From contig NIVC01000622.1 in the NCBI GenBank assembly GCA_002269645.1, positions 186,001-250,000 on the forward strand: a stretch of DNA of 64,000 nucleotides, written 5' to 3'. This document shows, piece by piece, positions 25,180 to 36,665 of the stretch (positions are counted from its first letter, which is position 1; the number at the start of each line of letters is the position of its first letter). Both the position numbers and the translations under genes were made by a program. The notes under the pieces were generated by a model, which was given only the letters and a program-made list of their open reading frames with translations, ran no database searches and had not been told where the DNA came from. Origin of the DNA: Macrostomum lignano (lineage: Eukaryota).

Positions 25180-26885
25180 TTCCCCGAGACATTGCACAGT
25201 GGGATTTCCCTAAGACCGTGTTAAATTGGATTTCCCCAAGACCGTGTTAAATGCGATTTCCCTGAGACTGTTCACAGTGGGAGTTCCCTGTGCCTGTATA
25301 AAATGTTATTTTCCTGTGTCTGTATACAAAGGGATTTCCCTGTGCCTGTATACAAAGGGATTTCCCTGTGCCTGTATACAAAGGGATTTCCCTGTGCCTG
25401 TATACAAAGGGATTTCCCTGTGCCTGTATACAAAGGGATTTCCCTGTGCCTGTATACAAAGGGATTTCCCTGTGCCTGTATACAAAGGGATTTCCCTGTG
25501 CCTGTATACAAAGGGATTTCCCTGTGCCTGTATACAAAGGGATTTCCCTGTGCCTGTATAAAATGTTATTTTCCTGTGTCTGTATACAAAGGGATTTCCC
25601 TGTGCCTGTATACAAAGGGATTTCCCTGTGCCTGTATACAAAGGGATTTCCCTGTGCCTGTATACAATGGGATTTCCCTGAGACTGTATACAATGGGATT
25701 TCCCTGTGCCTGTATACAATGGAATTTCCCTGAGACTGTATACAATGTGATTTCCCTGAGACTGTATACAAAGGGATTTCCCTGTGCCTGTATACAATGG
25801 GATTTCCCTGTGCCTGTATACAATGGGATTTCCCTGTGTCTGTATACAAAGGGATTTCCCTGTGCCTGTATACAAAGGGATTTCCCTGTGCCTGTATACA
25901 ATGGGATTTCCCTGAGACTGTATACAAAGGGATTTCCCTGTGCCTGTATACAATGGGATTTCCCTGAGACTGTATACAATGTGATTTCCCTGAGACTGTA
26001 TACAAAGGGATTTCCCTGTGCCTGTATACAATGGGATTTCCCTGAGACTGTATACAATGGGATTTCCCTGAGACTGTATACAATGGGATTTCCCTGTGCC
26101 TGTATACAATGGGATTTCCCTGTGCCTGTATACAATGGGATTTCCCTAAGACTGTATACAATGGGATTTCCCTGTGCCTGTATACAATGGAATTTCCCTG
26201 AGACTGTATACAAAGGGATTTCCCTGTGCCTGTATACAATGGGATTTCCCTGAGACTGTATACAATGTGATTTCCCTGAGACTGTATACAAAGGGATTTC
26301 CCTGTGCCTGTATACAATGGGATTTCCCTGAGACTGTATACAATGGGATTTCCCTGAGACTGTATACAATGGGATTTCCCTGTGCCTGTATACAATGGGA
26401 TTTCCCTGAGACTGTATACAATGCGATTTCCCTGAGACTGTATACAATGGGATTTCCCTGTGCCTGTATACAATGGGATTTCCCTGTGCCTGTATACAAA
26501 GGGATTTCCCTAAGACTGTATACAAAGGGATTTCCCTGTGCCTGTATACAATGGGATTTCCCTGAGACTGTATACAAAGGGATTTCCCTGTGCCTGTATA
26601 CAATGGGATTTCCCTGAGACTGTATACAATGTGATTTCCCTGAGACTGTATACAAAGGGATTTCCCTGTGCCTGTATACAATGGGATTTCCCTGAGACTG
26701 TATACAATGGGATTTCCCTGAGACTGTATACAAAGGGATTTCCCTGTGCCTGTATACAATGGGATTTCCCTGTGCCTGTATACAATGGGATTTCCCTAAG
26801 ACTGTATACAATGGGATTTCCCTGTGCCTGTATACAATGGAATTTCCCTTGATTTCCCCAGACCTTTAGGATGGGATTTCCCCAA
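25180..26885. repeat. 26-bp minisatellite TGTATACAAAGGGATTTCCCTGTGCC
   Basis: About 60 copies estimated from length; 26-aa (3-unit) period in the ORF track. Confidence 0.96.
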
Positions 26886-26958
26886 GACCCAAAGAGTGGG
26901 AAAAATTTTTTTGGATGAGAGATTTCAAGCTACTCGCTTCGCTCACTACCTGCCGCAG

Positions 26959-27138
26959 GTGATCTCCCCGTGCGACATGTCGGTGGTTTATCATTCCGAG
27001 ATTGATCCGAACTCTGCAAACGTGCCGCAAAAGCAGAAGATGGCCGTAATCTGCGAAAGCATATTTGTTAATATTAGTCCGCCAGTGATTCAGACTCTGG
27101 TGAAGATTTCTTCTGTGCTGACTAATGCTCAAGCTCTG
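26959..27138 (+). CDS. VPS13: VPS13 exon (VISPCDMSV...NISPPVIQTL...AQAL)
   Basis: Acceptor gccgcag/, donor CTG/gtgagt; 60 codons. Confidence 0.9.
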
Positions 27139-27286
27139 GTGAGTGTTAATTGCTTCAGTTGTCTACCTGTGTTATTCAAATTGCTTTACAGAATCTGCTT
27201 TTAATCTAAACTAAATTTGGCGCCTATAATTATGATTATGTTAACAAAATTGATTATAAAAATTTATGTCTGTTTGTCTGAACTAG

Positions 27287-27322
27287 GACGGGATTGAAGG
27301 AAGTGACGATGAGAGTGTTGAG
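27287..27322 (+). CDS. VPS13: 36-nt VPS13 mini-exon (DGIEGSDDESVE)
   Basis: Acceptor aactag/, donor GAG/gtattc; phase 0-0; acidic linker; could be optional. Confidence 0.6.
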
Positions 27323-27552
27323 GTATTCTTTTATTTTAGAGCTCAAGAAAGTTGCTTTTTTCTTCAACTGATTTTTTACATAATTTCTTTGGCCCAGGTG
27401 AATTTTCCATGTTTTTTCCTCTGTCCAACATTTTTTTGGTCAAACATTATTTATTATTTTTTTCGATCCAGGCCCTCAAGGTTTCAATATTTTTCTAGGT
27501 TTAAGTATAAATTTTAACAATAAACGAATAATTTTAAACTTGCCTGTGCCAG

Positions 27553-27655
27553 GAAACCGCGGACAATGACAAACCGCCCGAGCCGAAACTCTATGAGAAC
27601 GGCTTGTGGCAGGTGCGACCGATTGAGTCTGAGAATCTGCCTTTCCTTAGCACCG
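27553..27655 (+). CDS. VPS13: VPS13 exon (ETADND...LWQVRPIESENLPFLST)
   Basis: Acceptor gtgccag/, donor CCG/gtgagt; phase 0-1. Confidence 0.85.
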
Positions 27656-27754
27656 GTGAGTGTACAGCAGGGGGGGGGTGTAAATCTACTGCTTTATCTG
27701 AGGCTTTCTTGGCTTCGTGTTATTGTGTCACTGTCATTATATCAGTCCTATGTC

Positions 27755-28200
27755 ACTCTCTTTCCTAATGTCACTCTCCTATCACTCCCAGTGTCACTCT
27801 CCTCACTCCCAATGTCACTCTCCTCTGGCTCCCAATGTCCAATGTCACTCTCCTCTGGCTCCCAATGTCACTCTCCTCTGGCTCCCAATGTCCCATGTCA
27901 CTCTCCTCTGGCTCCCAATATCACTCTCCTCTGGCTCCCAATATCACTCTCCTCTGGCTCCCAATGTCCAATGTCACTCTCCTCACTCCTAATGTCACTC
28001 TCCTCACTTCTAATGTCACTCTTCTCACTCCCAATGTCACTCGTCACTCCTAATGTCACTCTCCTCACTCTCAATGTCACTCTACTCACTCCCAATGTCA
28101 CTCTCCTCACTCTCAATGTCACTCTACTCACTCCCAATGTCACTCTCCTCACTCCCAATGTCACTCTACTCACTCCAAATGTCACTCTCCTCACTCCGGG
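27755..28200. repeat. About 21-bp minisatellite CCCAATGTCACTCTCCTCACT
   Basis: Tandem copies. Confidence 0.9.
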
Positions 28201-29139
28201 GTAATTTCACTCGCCTCTCTCTCCTAATGTAACTTCTGTCTGTCTTCTTTTTACTGGCCTCTCTCCTACGTCAACTCTTTTCCTCACGTGTTACTCTCTT
28301 CTCTCCTCTATCACTTTCTCCCTATCACACTGCCATTTCACATGCCATTCTTATTCACCATTCTATGTTTTATTAATGCCAGTGTTTTCAAGGCTTACGG
28401 CTATCAACTGTAGTTCTCTAATCAGTTCTCTAACCAGTACGGTACATTAATTGTCTAGTGCATGTGAAAATACATTTATGCATTTATATTACTGTCCATG
28501 CTGGGAGTCCAGACGCACAGGCAGACAGACAATCACAGGCTATAAGAGCTCGTGAAAGCGTGCTCAAAACTAATAACACCCGGCCGCGTTGCGCGTGCTG
28601 TGGACTTAAAAGCATGCACTGCTGACCGACACTTACTGATTGAGAAGGGGGGGAAGTGTTCTTCTAGTAGCACTCAATGCTGCAACCAGATTTTGTTGCC
28701 GGTGTTACAATTGTGCCGAAAGGGAACAGAAAGTTTCGCTTGACTCTTCCGTGAGTCCGCCAGTCGTGAGTTTTAAGCTTTCTTTGAGCAGAAACTTTTT
28801 TTCCTAACTGGTAGTTATAGTTAGTTTCTGCCCTTGCCAGTGCCGCGGCCGACTGCTTTTTATTTGGTTCAAAATGCAGCGCCACTGCTGCCTCTCTCCG
28901 TCTGTCTGTCTCGCTCATTTCCTGCACACGTGCGGACTCTGGCTTCACATTGCACCCCTATATTTCTCTCTGTGTGCGCCTCTTCGCTCATTTTCGAGGC
29001 TATACGTTTATATATATTGGAATGCCAATTGAATTTGGCTCCGAAGTTTGACCAGAGTTCGTCAAATAAAATTGATTTGTTGACAGTGGGTGTTTAAAAT
29101 TTTTGGCAAATTGTATGCGAAAAGAGATGCAGAAAGAGA

Positions 29140-29181
<42 letters not shown>

Positions 29182-29379
29182 AAAAGAGAGAGAGAGATGG
29201 ACAACACTTGAACTGCTAGTGCGTACACAGTACATTACACACGATCGCAAAAAGTCCGCACTGTGGAGCAGTCATATAATTTATTCAGTTGTCTATGGTA
29301 AAATTCCGCGAGCCCCGAGACTCTCGCGCGACCAACCCCCCATCCAAGGCACATAGAGTTTACAATGCCTAACGATTAA

Positions 29380-29610
29380 GGGGGCTCTAGCCTAGTGGTT
29401 AGGGCGTCGGAGTCACGACTTGAAAGGTCGTCATTATGCGTCATTGGTCAAGACTCTTACCAACATAAGCTGGGATAATTGAGAGTGTGTTTGTGTGTAT
29501 GTGTGGCGACCCCCCAGTCCTTGGACTGAGCAGCCGTACGCAACCTTCCGATGCGCCGCGCGATAGCTGCGGCTGAGCTGTCGGTTATACATGTGCCGAT
29601 TAGGGCACTG
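29380..29610 (+). mobile_element. tRNA-headed SINE copy (A-box head, internally deleted, 3' body)
   Basis: TAGCCTAGTGGTTAGGGCGTCGGAGTC A-box head; body GTATGTGTGGCGACC..CAGTCCTTGGACTG..GATGCGCCGCG..ATAGCTGC.GCTGAGCTGTCGGTT shared with 39255-39500. Confidence 0.7.
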
Positions 29611-30029
29611 ATTTTTTTACACTTCAGGCTCTGGGTTTGGGTCTTGTTGAATCAGCGCTGTTGGTAGTTGAAAGTGCAACCTTTTTGAGTCATCCGCTAT
29701 CATGGTTATCTGCATATGCATAGGTTACTTCTATGGGCCTCGAGCGAACTGGTTGGACCCAGTGTCCAGAAGAATTGTACCCTATCTGCAACATCTCAGT
29801 GCGTCTTTTCCGCTGCATCCATTTGTTTAAGTTCTCGATTCATGTGTTATCGAAAAGTTGGCAAACCTTTTTATTTGGCGTTACAATTTTTAGTTTAAAA
29901 ATTGAACAAAAACAAAGTTTTTGCATTGTTCTGTTCAAACCTGTTTAACAACTTAACTGCTCACTTTTTGTTGTGATAAAACTGACACTTGTATAGAATG
30001 ATTTTTTTATATTGCTTCCTCATGCGCAG

Positions 30030-30121
30030 ACGCAACTTCTCCCGATGGTACAGCCATGGCTGAGCAAGGCTTCGATGTTGGGGCCGCCTTGGACGAGATT
30101 GAACAGCGCCGAAAGCAGGAG
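30030..30121 (+). CDS. VPS13: VPS13 exon (ATSPDG...EQRRKQE)
   Basis: Acceptor gcgcag/, donor GAG/gtaggt; phase 1-0, restores frame. Confidence 0.82.
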
Positions 30122-30177
30122 GTAGGTTTCTGTCTTGCTTGAATTGGAATGACAGTTTTATTGATATTATTGTTTAG

Positions 30178-30645
30178 TGCACTTTTAGAGAGAGAGAGAG
30201 GCGGGCAGAGTGGGGGGGGCACCTTAAGGGAGAGAGGCGGGCAGAGTGGGTGGGGCACTTTAAGGGAGAGAGAGGCGGGCGAGTGAGGTGGGGCACTGCT
30301 AGGGAGAGAGGCGGGCAGAGTGGGTGGGGCACTTTAAGGGAGAGAGAGGCGGGCGAGTGAGGTGGGGCACTGCTAGGGAGAGAGGCGGGCAGAGTGAGGT
30401 GGGGCACTTTTAGGGAGAGAGGCGGGCAGAGTGAGGTGGGGCACTTTTAGGGAGAGAGGCGGTCAGAGTGAGGTGGGGCACTTTTAGGGAGAGAGGCGGT
30501 CAGAGTGAGGTGGGGCACTTTTAGGGAGAGAGGCGGTCAGAGTGAGGTGGGGCACTTTTAGGGAGAGAGGCGGGCGGAGTGGGGTGGGGCACTTTAAGGG
30601 AGAGAGGCGGGCGGAGTGGTGTGGGGCACTCTATGTAGAGAGGCG
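30178..30645. repeat. 37-bp minisatellite GGGAGAGAGGCGGGCAGAGTGAGGTGGGGCACTTTTA
   Basis: About 12 copies. Confidence 0.92.
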
Positions 30646-32374
30646 AGCGTAAAAATTCATTTATATTGGGAAACTTAGAAATGTTTGGGTTGTTATAGAG
30701 GCTCAGTAAGGCCAAGATTAAGAAACAAAAAATACCTATATAACCAGACGTGTTTATTAGCTTCATAATATCTTAATTGCTTGTATCTTGCTCATGATTT
30801 TGCTATCATTGTCAAGGACAGCCGGACCCTATAGTTGACCTCAATTTACTTAATTCAGTGTATTTTGTATTCGTGAATCAGTCTCAGACACGTGTGTAAC
30901 ACAAGTCAGGCAGTTATTGTGTATAATTACTAAGTCTTTTTTTAACAATGGGTCTCTCGTCGGTAACTTTGCCCTGCCTCAAAGGCACTGCGGGATGCCA
31001 AGCCTTAAGCGGCGCATTGCCGACTGAGAGAAAAAGGGAATTGTGCGCTTTTTTAAAAAAAAGATCCTACTCCTGTTCAGGAAGAATTATGGGAGCTAGG
31101 CTAAGGTATTTTCCCCATCTTCTTCTTTACGACTGGGCAAGTAAAGTCTGCTTCGCCTAAGATGAATTGTTTTGTTGTTTTGAAATGAATACAGCTCATA
31201 CTGCTATGCTAATGAAATCGATCAAATTTATTGGCGATCCCCATTATTAAAGTTTAGATTTCGCACGATTTTACAAGTTGTCACACTGAGCGCAGTAAGC
31301 TGATTGATTGAATGTCTTGCCGTCACCCTTTCATCGCTCGCTTCTTACTTTGCTTAACGCCTCCTGTGCCCAGTTCTACGAGTTTAAGTTCTCACTCAGC
31401 CCCGCGTACCACAAATCTCTTCCCACTCGCCGTGACCCTCCATGCAGCTCTCGGACCCGCTAACTGTTCCCCCTATGGTCGTACTTGTAGGAATTTGATT
31501 AGCATAAGTGGACTTCGGGAAGTGAGGTCGTCTGCTGCTACTGCTTCTGCCTTCTGCTGCTTTTGGAGGTCGAACCCCCTCCCCCATGTGTCCCTCATCG
31601 CTCTCTCTCTCCCCTCTCTCTCTCTCATCTGACGAAAGGCCACTCATGCATTCCAATAGCTGGAGACTGGGCTATGAAACGCTTGTGTGAGCCCGCGTTT
31701 GTGTGTGTGTGACTTGGCTTAAAATTGTGCTGACTGCTTCTGGGTTCGATTTAAAGCCAGGGCTTAAGACCTCTGGCCTGAGTCGGGTCAGAAATGCGAT
31801 ATGGTTTGCTCTCTTTCCCCTGCTTCCCTTATCTGGCACTGTCTCAAATAAAGCATCTTAGACGATTGAACACTGTTGACTCTCGCTTGTGAGTCTCAGT
31901 TAAAAAAGTCAACTCTATATGCATCAGTATATAAGTTTGCGGTTCATCATACCATCAACAAAATAATCATTGTATTTGTCCGTCTGATTAAAATCTTAGC
32001 ATCAACGTTAGCTTTGATTATTGAGGCATCAATTCTTTGAAACTGGCTTTCTATCGAGAAAATCGTAGCTAATTTAACACCATATTATATAACGAAGACA
32101 CAATGTAAAACAACATTTGAAGTGCGTTTCATTGTCTTGCAAAAATTAATGCAATTCTTTAGTAATAATACATGCATGCGATAAATATACATAATTCATA
32201 TACAACAGTTTCAAATTTAAAAGTTTTGTAACAAATACGCTCCAGTATATTGAAAAATATCTACTAGGACAAGAAAAACTGATTGAAATACGACGCAATG
32301 TGAATCCGATCAGTTGGTTCTTTGTTTAAAAAACCCGTCAATGGAAAATTGGACCCTGACTCACACCCACGCGT

Positions 32375-35017
32375 TTAGAGCGTGGCTTCGTTGTAACTCA
32401 CCGCCGACTCATCGTCTTCTGGCGATCGGAATGTTGACATGCGCGAAGTCCTTGGGAATGTGACCACGCTAGGGTAGAGGCTCAGGCTGCTGACGCTTGG
32501 TACCCGACTGTTTGATAGGGCCACCTGACTGCCCTGCTGATGCCGAGTGCACTGGTGCTGCTGGCTATTCAACAGCTGCAGCTGATGTTGATGCTGAAGC
32601 TGCTGCTGAAGCTGCCGTTCAACCGATGTGTCGTAGACGTTGGAGTAGCTCACACACTCTTGCGGGGTTTTGTTCAATAAGCCGCCTCGTTGGTCTTCGT
32701 TAAGAGTTTGAAAGCTGGACGAATAGTCTCGCGTGTTACTCGATGCCGTCTTCGACGCCGCCAGCTGGTCCACTGTTCTCAGCGGCATTCTGTACAGGAC
32801 CTGCTTCCAGAAGTTCTTCTTGCCGTAGCGAACTATTGACTTACTGGCTGCCGCATTGCGTCTAACCAAATTCTGCGGCAGGTGCTTAATGTTTGGAAAC
32901 AGAATATGAATCAGCCTATTGGCCTGACGGGGCTGAGTTCTGGTTAGAAAGGTGACAGTCAGTTGATAATCTGTACACACGTCCACGTCTGAGATGAAGC
33001 TCTCTGTAATCACCGCTATGACCCGTTTGCTATTCTCCACCGCGTGGCACACGGCGCTATACGTTAGTAGGCCCGGAATGCAGGCTCTGTCATGTGTGCA
33101 GAGGACGTAGGGACTCTTCCTGTTAGTTAGCTTTTCTAGTAGCACGGATATAACCCAGTCGCTGTCGCTTGGATGGAACAACACAAAAGCGTCACAGCGC
33201 TTCAGCTCACCGTTGCACTCGTCGCGATCAAACGGATGAAAGCCGAACCTAGTAAACAGACTCACCCTTGCGCAGAAAAGCAAGAAAAAGGCCAGCGTTA
33301 TCAGCGCCAAGACGCCGCTGACAGCTGACGAGCTGAGCGCCAGCTGATCGTAGCTTCGATTTGAAGACCTTGGATCGGGCCGATCGCAGAAGTCCTTCAG
33401 TCTCATTTCGAGCAGCGGCCTGTTAAATAGCCACGTTGGCTCAGCGCAGCGTATCTCGTTTTCGTGTCTCAGGTAGGGTCGCATCTTATGCAGCCATTCG
33501 CTCATCCAGCTGTTGTTACAGTGGCAGGACCAGGGATTATGATCCAATCGCATCTCTTTCAAGTGCGGAAACGTCAGCTCGACAATCTGCCTGTCCAGCG
33601 CGGTGAACAGATTGTGATTGAGGTTGATTACTTCCAGGCGTCTTAGCTTGTTAAAAAACTTTACAGGCATTGTTTCAATGCCGGTGCCTCGCAGATCCAA
33701 CGTTTGCGCATCTTTGTAGACGCTTGGCATACCTGGCAGGCTTCTTGACAGGCGGCTGGCGCTAAAGTTAAATCGGTACACGTATTGATCTGGCAAGTCT
33801 GTCATTTCTCTTCTGTGCAGCAGGCGGCCTAGGTTCACACCAAAGCAATCGACTGATATAGTCTTACGCCAAGGCTCTTCGGTACATGTACACTGTTCGT
33901 TGTTGCACTTGTCCCGGCATACGAGGTCTTCTCGCTTCAGTAGTAGTTTGAATGCCGAGTTGAATACTGACTGATAGTTTAGACTCAATGGCTTCACGCA
34001 GTACGGTAGAGCCATCGGATCCGGTAAGAAATGAGAAATGTTACTTGCTGATACGTACATGTTGTAGTCCAAACAGTCGCACTCCAGGGGGTTCTGATGC
34101 AAACTGATGATGGTGATTGCATGCCGGGCGCCCAGCACTCTGATTGTCTTGTCGTCCATGTTCCATCCTCTAATCAGATCTATCAGGTGTCTCACCCTGT
34201 TGTTAGTCAGGCTCAGGACTAGGTTGATTCTAGTGACAAGTTCTTTTGTCCAGCGAATGTGAGTCGCAAAATTCTGTCTTGGGTCTGGACTGCCTTCCGT
34301 GTCATCAAAGCGTTGAATTCGATTGTGATCGAGCAATATACGCAGCTTCTCCTCGCTGTGCATTGCTCGAATCTTAAGTGGCCAGTTGGCAAGAGCTTCC
34401 AATTTGTTGTACGATAAATCGATGTAGTTTAAGTAGTTGGCAGACGATTCAAATGCCTTTGAAGAGACATAGCGTATTTGATTGTGTATGATGCTGAGCT
34501 TCTGCAAGGACGGTGTAGCTAGACAGTAGTCTGTCAGATTCACTAACAAATTTCTGTCTAGTACGATCTCTTTGAGCTCTTTGAACGGACTAAACATCCT
34601 TGGTGGAAGCTGTCTGATTCTATTGTCGGTCAGGTTGAGATGGGTCAGCTTGGTGAGCAGTGCTAGCTTGGGTAGAACGTCCTGCATTCGCTCCACCCCA
34701 GACATGACTAGCACGTTGAGATCGACCAGAGCTGGGCATTCGATCAGCCTGGCAACCAGCTCGCCGCTGCCCTGTGCGTAGCCGCAGTCCAGGCTGAGAT
34801 GGTACTGCGCATAAGCGTAGCGAAACTCGCACTGTCTGCACTGCGTTGGGCAATAGCGCCTGCACTGCACCAGCCGGTCCTTCAGACTGGCTGACCCCGT
34901 TGCGCTGCCTACAATGGCAGATTGTAGCGACGGCAGATGCAGTGACAGCAGCTGCAACACTAGCAATAGTAGCTTCCCCGATTGCAGCCGTTCCATGTTC
35001 TGTTGAAGATCAGTCAT
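32375..35017 (-). CDS. Toll-like receptor, multi-cysteine-cluster (protostome-type), intronless, 880 aa
   Basis: Hydrophobic signal (LLLLVLQLLSLHL), LRRNT (CPTQCRQC), LRRs (LTHLNLTDNRI, LKEIVLDRNLL, LNYIDLSYNKL), LRRCT (NPLECDC..C), second LRRNT (CRDKC..CTC), LRRs, LRRCT (HNPWSCHC..IRCAEP), TM helix (about 33255-33335), TIR (CDAFVLF, HDRACIPG, SKRVIAVI, FWKQV; about 32790-33200), Gln/Ser-rich tail. Confidence 0.95.
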   Translation of the reverse strand: MTDLQQNMERLQSGKLLLLVLQLLSLHLPSLQSAIVGSATGSASLKDRLVQCRRYCPTQCRQCEFRYAYAQYHLSLDCGYAQGSGELVARLIECPALVDLNVLVMSGVERMQDVLPKLALLTKLTHLNLTDNRIRQLPPRMFSPFKELKEIVLDRNLLVNLTDYCLATPSLQKLSIIHNQIRYVSSKAFESSANYLNYIDLSYNKLEALANWPLKIRAMHSEEKLRILLDHNRIQRFDDTEGSPDPRQNFATHIRWTKELVTRINLVLSLTNNRVRHLIDLIRGWNMDDKTIRVLGARHAITIISLHQNPLECDCLDYNMYVSASNISHFLPDPMALPYCVKPLSLNYQSVFNSAFKLLLKREDLVCRDKCNNEQCTCTEEPWRKTISVDCFGVNLGRLLHRREMTDLPDQYVYRFNFSASRLSRSLPGMPSVYKDAQTLDLRGTGIETMPVKFFNKLRRLEVINLNHNLFTALDRQIVELTFPHLKEMRLDHNPWSCHCNNSWMSEWLHKMRPYLRHENEIRCAEPTWLFNRPLLEMRLKDFCDRPDPRSSNRSYDQLALSSSAVSGVLALITLAFFLLFCARVSLFTRFGFHPFDRDECNGELKRCDAFVLFHPSDSDWVISVLLEKLTNRKSPYVLCTHDRACIPGLLTYSAVCHAVENSKRVIAVITESFISDVDVCTDYQLTVTFLTRTQPRQANRLIHILFPNIKHLPQNLVRRNAAASKSIVRYGKKNFWKQVLYRMPLRTVDQLAASKTASSNTRDYSSSFQTLNEDQRGGLLNKTPQECVSYSNVYDTSVERQLQQQLQHQHQLQLLNSQQHQCTRHQQGSQVALSNSRVPSVSSLSLYPSVVTFPRTSRMSTFRSPEDDESAVSYNEATL

Positions 35018-36234
35018 TCACCGACGTCTAGGACTTCGAATTGCCGGGCGATTCGTTCATTTCGCAGTTTCCTTGGAGACCTGTGTGTGTGCGTTTCTGT
35101 GCGTTGCTTCGTTCTCGATCTCCGGTGTTTTTTAATTATACGCTTCAATGGCTTCTGTAACTGTCGCAGTAGGAATTGACTTCGAAGTCTCAATATTGAC
35201 TTAGCTCTTCAATTTTTTGCCGGAGCTGTCTCTTTTTCCTAAGACCTCTCGCAACCTGAAGTGTCACCTGCTTTTAAAAGCTGATTTTTTCCCAAAATCG
35301 GGCCAAGTCTGAGCGGTGGCTCCCACTCCCTGCCGTCCATCCCCAATCCTTCTCCTCCCTCTCTGTCCCTGCCTCCCCAGTGCAGGTTTTGCAATGCTTC
35401 GCTTCACTGGTTTGATTGGACTTCCATGCGCCTGTCCAATCAAGCTTTAGTCTCTTTCTATTGCCACGCCACGAGAAACTCTTGGCCGCCTGCTGCACAC
35501 TTTCTCGGACTCGGGGGGAGCGAGAGTTCTTTCGTGCTTTTAAAATTTTTTAGGAAGTTTTTTTTCTTCTATCGACTTTAAGCAGCGCCCCGGTTGCATT
35601 GTTTGGGTCAGCTGGAATGTGTTTGACCGCGCAACTTTCACTTTGTATTGAATAGCCACGTCCGCTAGCTCAAGATGCCTGTCGCTTTACATTCACTGGC
35701 TAGAGCTACACGCACTTTCAGGATCCCTATTTTAACTTTCTATAGTTTATAATTTGAGGTTAACCGCTAATAAAAGATCTTTATTGGCTATACATGTAGA
35801 CTTTTCTCTGAGCTGCAAGGCATCGGATTTTATTGTCGCGCACATCGGTACAGTCGTCTTTCTGGCGGGACTCGTGTATCTCACAGTCGCCAGCGCATTT
35901 CCGTGACTGCTGATGCAGAATTTCTCAATGCGGATTCTTGCCACCGCGAGTCTATTACTTGTTATAATGTCTCTCACTTCCGTATTCCATGTCTGTTAAG
36001 CATCAGGCTACATGACTAAACCAAGTTTAACTGCTGTAACAGCCCTTCTCTCTGTTGTCATTGTCATTCATTCTCAATGCCGTTTTAGGAAGAACTTTAT
36101 TGACTTTATCGCCAAAAAGTGTATTTTTGGTACCTATTGTACAAAACAGGTAAGAAAAGAGTAGAGAAAAGAAGAGAGAGAGAGAAAACGAAATGAGAAA
36201 AGGGTAGCCAGTTGAGACAGAATGAAGGAGACTG

Positions 36235-36665
36235 GTGAGAGAAAGGGTGAGAGAGGATCAGATAAGAGAGACAGGTGAGATCGAGAGATGGAGACAGGTG
36301 GGATCGAGAGGGGAGACAGATGAGATCGAGAGGGGGAGACAGGTGAGATCGAGAGATGGAGACAGGTGGGATCGAGAGGGGAGACAGATGAGATCGAGAG
36401 GGGGAGACAGGTGGGATCGAGAGGGGAGACAGATGAGATCGAGAGGGGGAGACAGGTGGGATCGAGAGGGGAGACAGGTCAGATTGACAAGGGGAGACAG
36501 ATGAGATCGAGAGGGGGAGACAGGTGGGATCAATAGGGAGAGACAGGTGGGATCGAGAGGGGAAGACAGGTAGGAGCTAGAGGGGGAGACAGGTGGGATC
36601 GAGAAGGAGAGACAGGTGGGATCGAGAGGGGAGACAGGTAGAAGCGAGATGGGGGAGACAAGTGG
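36235..36665. repeat. Minisatellite GAGACAGGTGGGATCGAGAGGGG
   Basis: About 17 copies; same core as 3259-4340. Confidence 0.9.

Noticed and set aside
20727-26852. Periodic ORFs of 100-400 aa (SHRYLS, MGIPYNWE, YTGTGKS)
   Set aside because: Stop-free minisatellites read on both strands; intronic to VPS13
17050-26885. CRISPR-like look of 26-33-bp repeats with palindromic cores
   Set aside because: Units are head-to-tail with no unique spacers, no cas genes, and the DNA is eukaryotic
36089-36149. Plus-strand AG...CAG/GTAAGA 61-nt pseudo-exon
   Set aside because: In-frame TGA at codon 5 and not a multiple of 3; can only be a poison exon, with no support
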